Shown here: positions 16,828 through 20,000 of the stretch, piece after piece | Numbering within the stretch: position 1 is the first letter of the stretch | Layout of the letters: each line of letters begins with the position of its first letter | From: an uncultured virus (IMG/VR IMGVR_UViG_3300008108_000264) | Lineage: Duplodnaviria > Heunggongvirae > Uroviricota > Caudoviricetes | IMG/VR virus record: IMGVR_UViG_3300008108_000264 | Length of the DNA: 20,000 bases | Direction: 5' to 3' (one strand) | Program-made: the position numbers and the translations under genes | Notes under the pieces: generated by a model | What the model was told of the DNA's origin: nothing | The model's database searches: none | What the model saw: the letters and a program-made list of their open reading frames with translations, nothing else

Positions 16828-18792
16828 ATGAAAAAATTATTTATAGACAAAAGAACATTTAAATCAGGTAAAAAATCATTCTTAAATGTAAGTACTACTC
16901 TTGATTTATTTAAATATATTAAATCAGTAGGTGGTAGTGTAGAATTTGTAGAACAAACTTATAATAGTTTACTTAGTAAAGTAAATGCTGGAACTTTAGT
17001 ACCAGGTACTTACTATGTTATAACAGATTATCAAACTTGTTATAATCAACCTGATTATGATCAATTTAAAAACCCTATTGCAGTTTCAAATGCTTCTTAT
17101 GTAACTACATCTGTAGATCCAATTATAGTATTTGCTACTTCTACAAGTACACTTGCACCTGATGCATATCAACCAAGTTATCCTAATGATAAAATTAAGT
17201 ACGATATATTTTATAGTACAACTGAATCTGGAGATCCAGCGTTTGGTAGAATAACTGAAAGAATTGATGAATTTGGAAATCGTGCAGATTATGATCATCG
17301 CACTATTCAATTTAAAAGATATATGTTATATACTTATAGTAAAGTTTTACCTTTACCAGGAACAGTTGAATTACAGAGTGATGGTACAGTACTTGGTACA
17401 TTAACAACTTTTACTTCATTATTACCTAAACAAATTATAGCAATTAAAGGTAGCACTGAAACTTTTTATGAAATTGATACAATTACTGATGATTTTACTA
17501 TGACTGTAACAGGAGAAGCTATTACTGCAACTGGTGCAGGATTTCAATTTTTTAATGCAAATTCTCATAGCGATGATAGTTATTATCCAAACAATGTTAA
17601 TGGACAAGTATCGTTTACTCTTTACTATACCTTTCAAGCTTCAGTAACATTTGGTGGAGATGGTTGTATTAATACATACATTGGAGACCATGCTAAGTAC
17701 GTTATAAATGAAGGTATTGGTGATTTCTTATTAGCAAATAATGTTCTTAAAGATGGTGCTTATCGGAATAATACCATTGGTGATAGTTCTTATAATAATA
17801 CTTTTAATGATGATTGTACTGCTAATCAAATAGGCTACGGCTTTAGAAATAATATTACTGATGATGACTTTGATGAAAATGTAATTGGAACTTTCTTTGA
17901 AAATAATATCATTACAGCAAATTTTTATGATAATCATATAGGTAATGATTTTAACGATAATTTTATTTTGTGTGATAGTTTTTATAGAAACCAAATTGGA
18001 AATGATTTTAGAGATAATTGGTTAGACGGTGATTTTGGTTTTGACTTCCAAAATAATCAAATTGGTAATCAGTTTAATAATAATGAAATTTACAAAGATT
18101 TTTATAAAAATGTTATCCTTAATGGATATAATCAAAATCAAATTTGGGATCAATTTATTGGAAATAAAATAGGAAACGGTTTTAATGCTAATCAAATTTT
18201 TAATAATTTTTACGATAACCATATTTTAGATTATTTTACAAGCAATATTATTGGTGATGCTACATTTGCTGTTTTATATTCATTTAATAGTAATATTATT
18301 AATAATTCTTTTCAAAATAATACTATTTTAGGTAATTTTTTCAAAAACAATATTGGAAATAATTTTTCTGCAAATAATATTGGATTTGAATTTAGAAACA
18401 ATTTAATTGGTAGCGATTTTTCAAGTAATGATTTAGGTGATAATTTTGGTTATAATGTAATTGGTAATACTTTTCAAAATAATGTAATTGGTAATGACTT
18501 TGGTTACGGTGGTAGTGCTACACGTGGAAATAAAATAGGAAACACTTTTGTTGGAAATAATATTGGTGAAAATTTCTATGATAATGTAATTTCTGATTTA
18601 TTTATAAATAACATTATAGTTGATAATTTTAAATTTAACCATATTTCTTATTCTTTATTTGGATTTGACTTTACAACTGCTACGCATGTTTATGCTGATT
18701 ATAATTGTAAAATTATTAAATCAAGTGATACTAGCTATTATTTAGAATATTTAAATATAGTAACACCTACATATGTAGCAATAACTGCATAA
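16828..18792 (+). CDS. Putative tail fibre/spike with C-terminal Asn-rich beta-solenoid, 654 aa
   Basis: Shared N-terminal motif, fibre-like GTVELQSDGTVLGTLTTF segment, and about 30 nonapeptide repeats N-x-I-G-x-x-F-x-x. Confidence 0.65.
   Translation: MKKLFIDKRTFKSGKKSFLNVSTTLDLFKYIKSVGGSVEFVEQTYNSLLSKVNAGTLVPGTYYVITDYQTCYNQPDYDQFKNPIAVSNASYVTTSVDPIIVFATSTSTLAPDAYQPSYPNDKIKYDIFYSTTESGDPAFGRITERIDEFGNRADYDHRTIQFKRYMLYTYSKVLPLPGTVELQSDGTVLGTLTTFTSLLPKQIIAIKGSTETFYEIDTITDDFTMTVTGEAITATGAGFQFFNANSHSDDSYYPNNVNGQVSFTLYYTFQASVTFGGDGCINTYIGDHAKYVINEGIGDFLLANNVLKDGAYRNNTIGDSSYNNTFNDDCTANQIGYGFRNNITDDDFDENVIGTFFENNIITANFYDNHIGNDFNDNFILCDSFYRNQIGNDFRDNWLDGDFGFDFQNNQIGNQFNNNEIYKDFYKNVILNGYNQNQIWDQFIGNKIGNGFNANQIFNNFYDNHILDYFTSNIIGDATFAVLYSFNSNIINNSFQNNTILGNFFKNNIGNNFSANNIGFEFRNNLIGSDFSSNDLGDNFGYNVIGNTFQNNVIGNDFGYGGSATRGNKIGNTFVGNNIGENFYDNVISDLFINNIIVDNFKFNHISYSLFGFDFTTATHVYADYNCKIIKSSDTSYYLEYLNIVTPTYVAITA
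17770..18660 (+). repeat. Degenerate 27-nt (9-aa) coding tandem repeat
   Basis: Examples: NQIGYGFRN, NVIGTFFEN, NHIGNDFND, NQIGNDFRD, NKIGNGFNA, NNIGNNFSA, NVIGNTFQN, NNIGENFYD. Confidence 0.85.
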
Positions 18793-18827
18793 TAATTAAA
18801 AAAGTTTATCTTTAAAATATAAAAAAA

Positions 18828-19445
18828 ATGAAAAAAATATATATAGACAAACGAGTTACTACCAATGGTAGAAAAAGTAAAATAGAAGTTGATAACTCAC
18901 TTGATTTAAATAAACATATTGAAGAAGTAGTTAATACTTTAAATATTACTTCAAATGCTTCTGGTATATCATATGATAATACTGTATCAAATATACTATC
19001 AAATAACGTACAAAGTGCAATAGATGAATTAGCATGGATAACTAAAAAAGTAACTATTAAAGCTGCTGCTATTACAACTTGTGGAACAAACCCAATTCCA
19101 TTTTTAGCTGCCCCTGGTGTTGACAAATATTATGTGTATGAAATTGATTTAAAAAAACCAGCAGTTACCTCAGTTGTTGGTGGCTTAATGGATTATTTTT
19201 ACATAGGTACTGATACTCAAGAGGGTAGTATAATGCAAGTTTCAGATTATAATAGTCCAGCTAATCTTGTCTTTCAATATGAAAGTAGAAATGGTATAAA
19301 TACAAATTTACCAGTTGATGTTATTCCAGTATATCCAATTACAACAAATGAAGCTATTGTATTTACAACATATAATGGATCTAATCCAACTTCAGCTGTA
19401 GGTAATATAGAATTAGAAGTAAGATATAAAATTAAAGAATTCTAA
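18828..19445 (+). CDS. Putative fibre/decoration protein with shared N-terminal motif, 205 aa
   Basis: MKKIYIDKRV..G...LDLNKHIE N-terminus, stalk-like ASGISYDNTVSNILSNNVQSAIDEL, then a beta-rich C-terminal domain. Confidence 0.6.
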   Translation: MKKIYIDKRVTTNGRKSKIEVDNSLDLNKHIEEVVNTLNITSNASGISYDNTVSNILSNNVQSAIDELAWITKKVTIKAAAITTCGTNPIPFLAAPGVDKYYVYEIDLKKPAVTSVVGGLMDYFYIGTDTQEGSIMQVSDYNSPANLVFQYESRNGINTNLPVDVIPVYPITTNEAIVFTTYNGSNPTSAVGNIELEVRYKIKEF

Positions 19446-19460
19446 TAATTAAATATAAAT

Positions 19461-20000
19461 ATGTCATATAAATTAAATGCCATAACAGGTAAGTTTGATT
19501 ACTATGAAGTTGGTAGTGGTAGTGATATAGCTACTATACTTAAAACTAAAGTAGTAAATAAAACTACTCCTTCTGTTACCTTATCAAAAGCAGCTTATCA
19601 AGTATGTTTAGTATCAGGTGCACAAGGACAAAGATTAGCTGTAAAGTTAGCTAAAGCAGACAATGATGCAAACTCAGCAGGAACACTTGGTATTGCATCT
19701 GAAACTATACTTATCAATCAAGAAGGATTTATTACTTCTGTTGGTGCTATTGAAGGTATAAATACAACTGGTTCTTTACAAGGAGAAACTTGGGCAGATG
19801 GAGATATTCTTTATCTAAGTCCTACTACATTTGGTGCAGTTACTAATGTTAAACCATCAGCTCCTTTTCATCAAGTTATTGTTGGTTATGTAGAGTATGC
19901 TCATGGAGTAAATGGTAAGATATATGTCAAGATAGATAATGGTTATGAGTTAGATGAACTACATAATGTTGCTATAACTTCTCCACAAAATGGTGATACA
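19461..20000 (+). CDS. Putative fibre protein, 3' partial (absent from the ORF track)
   Basis: ATG 19461 is open to the window end: MSYKLNAITGKFDYYEVGSGS...LAKADNDANSAGTLGI...WADGDILYLSPTTFGAVTNVKPSAPFHQVIVGYVEYAHGVNGKIYVKIDNGYELDELHNVAITSPQNGDT. This resembles a recurrent phage fibre/decoration domain. Confidence 0.75.
   Translation, partial: MSYKLNAITGKFDYYEVGSGSDIATILKTKVVNKTTPSVTLSKAAYQVCLVSGAQGQRLAVKLAKADNDANSAGTLGIASETILINQEGFITSVGAIEGINTTGSLQGETWADGDILYLSPTTFGAVTNVKPSAPFHQVIVGYVEYAHGVNGKIYVKIDNGYELDELHNVAITSPQNGDT

Noticed and set aside
17770..18660. Diversity-generating retroelement template/variable repeat or CRISPR array in the AAT-rich region
   Set aside because: The repeats are degenerate protein-level 9-mers. 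There is no near-identical ~100-bp pair differing only at adenines, no reverse transcriptase in the window and no constant repeat-spacer structure.
1755..19126. Minus-strand ORFs (1755-2060, 11029-11211, 15622-15834, 17086-17310, 17422-17637, 17731-17994, 18022-18222, 18812-19126)
   Set aside because: All are short, lie antisense to well-supported genes and have I/F/S-rich shadow composition. Those at 17.7-18.2 kb simply mirror the Asn repeat.
1..20000. Stop-codon reassignment (TAG=Gln or TGA=Trp) as in some crAss-like phages
   Set aside because: Genes are full length and tightly packed under code 11, with no in-frame TAG or TGA interruptions. Read-through of the groEL TAG would add only three residues.

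Overview
AT-rich (roughly 30% GC by eye) bacteriophage DNA with every credible gene on the + strand. It matches the virion morphogenesis module of a crAss-like phage (Crassvirales-type podovirus, probably infecting Bacteroidota). Gene order: terminase large subunit (5'-truncated, frame open from base 1), portal, an inserted GroEL-like chaperonin, acidic putative scaffold, major capsid protein (MCP), crAss gene-75-like protein, tail ring protein, probable auxiliary capsid protein, an intrinsic terminator, then a cluster of fibre/decoration/hub-like genes running off the 3' end. The main unexplained observations are four. (1) A perfect 16-bp inverted repeat has arms starting at the first base after the groEL stop and the first base after the MCP stop, bracketing the scaffold+MCP pair. 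(2) A divergent GroEL sits inside the head module, with an N-terminal extension, no GGM tail, altered inter-ring contact residues and no adjacent groES. (3) Four otherwise unrelated fibre-like proteins share one N-terminal motif. (4) There is a Cys-rich hub-like gene pair and a 9-residue-repeat beta-solenoid. Family assignments come from motif recognition and synteny, not from database searches.
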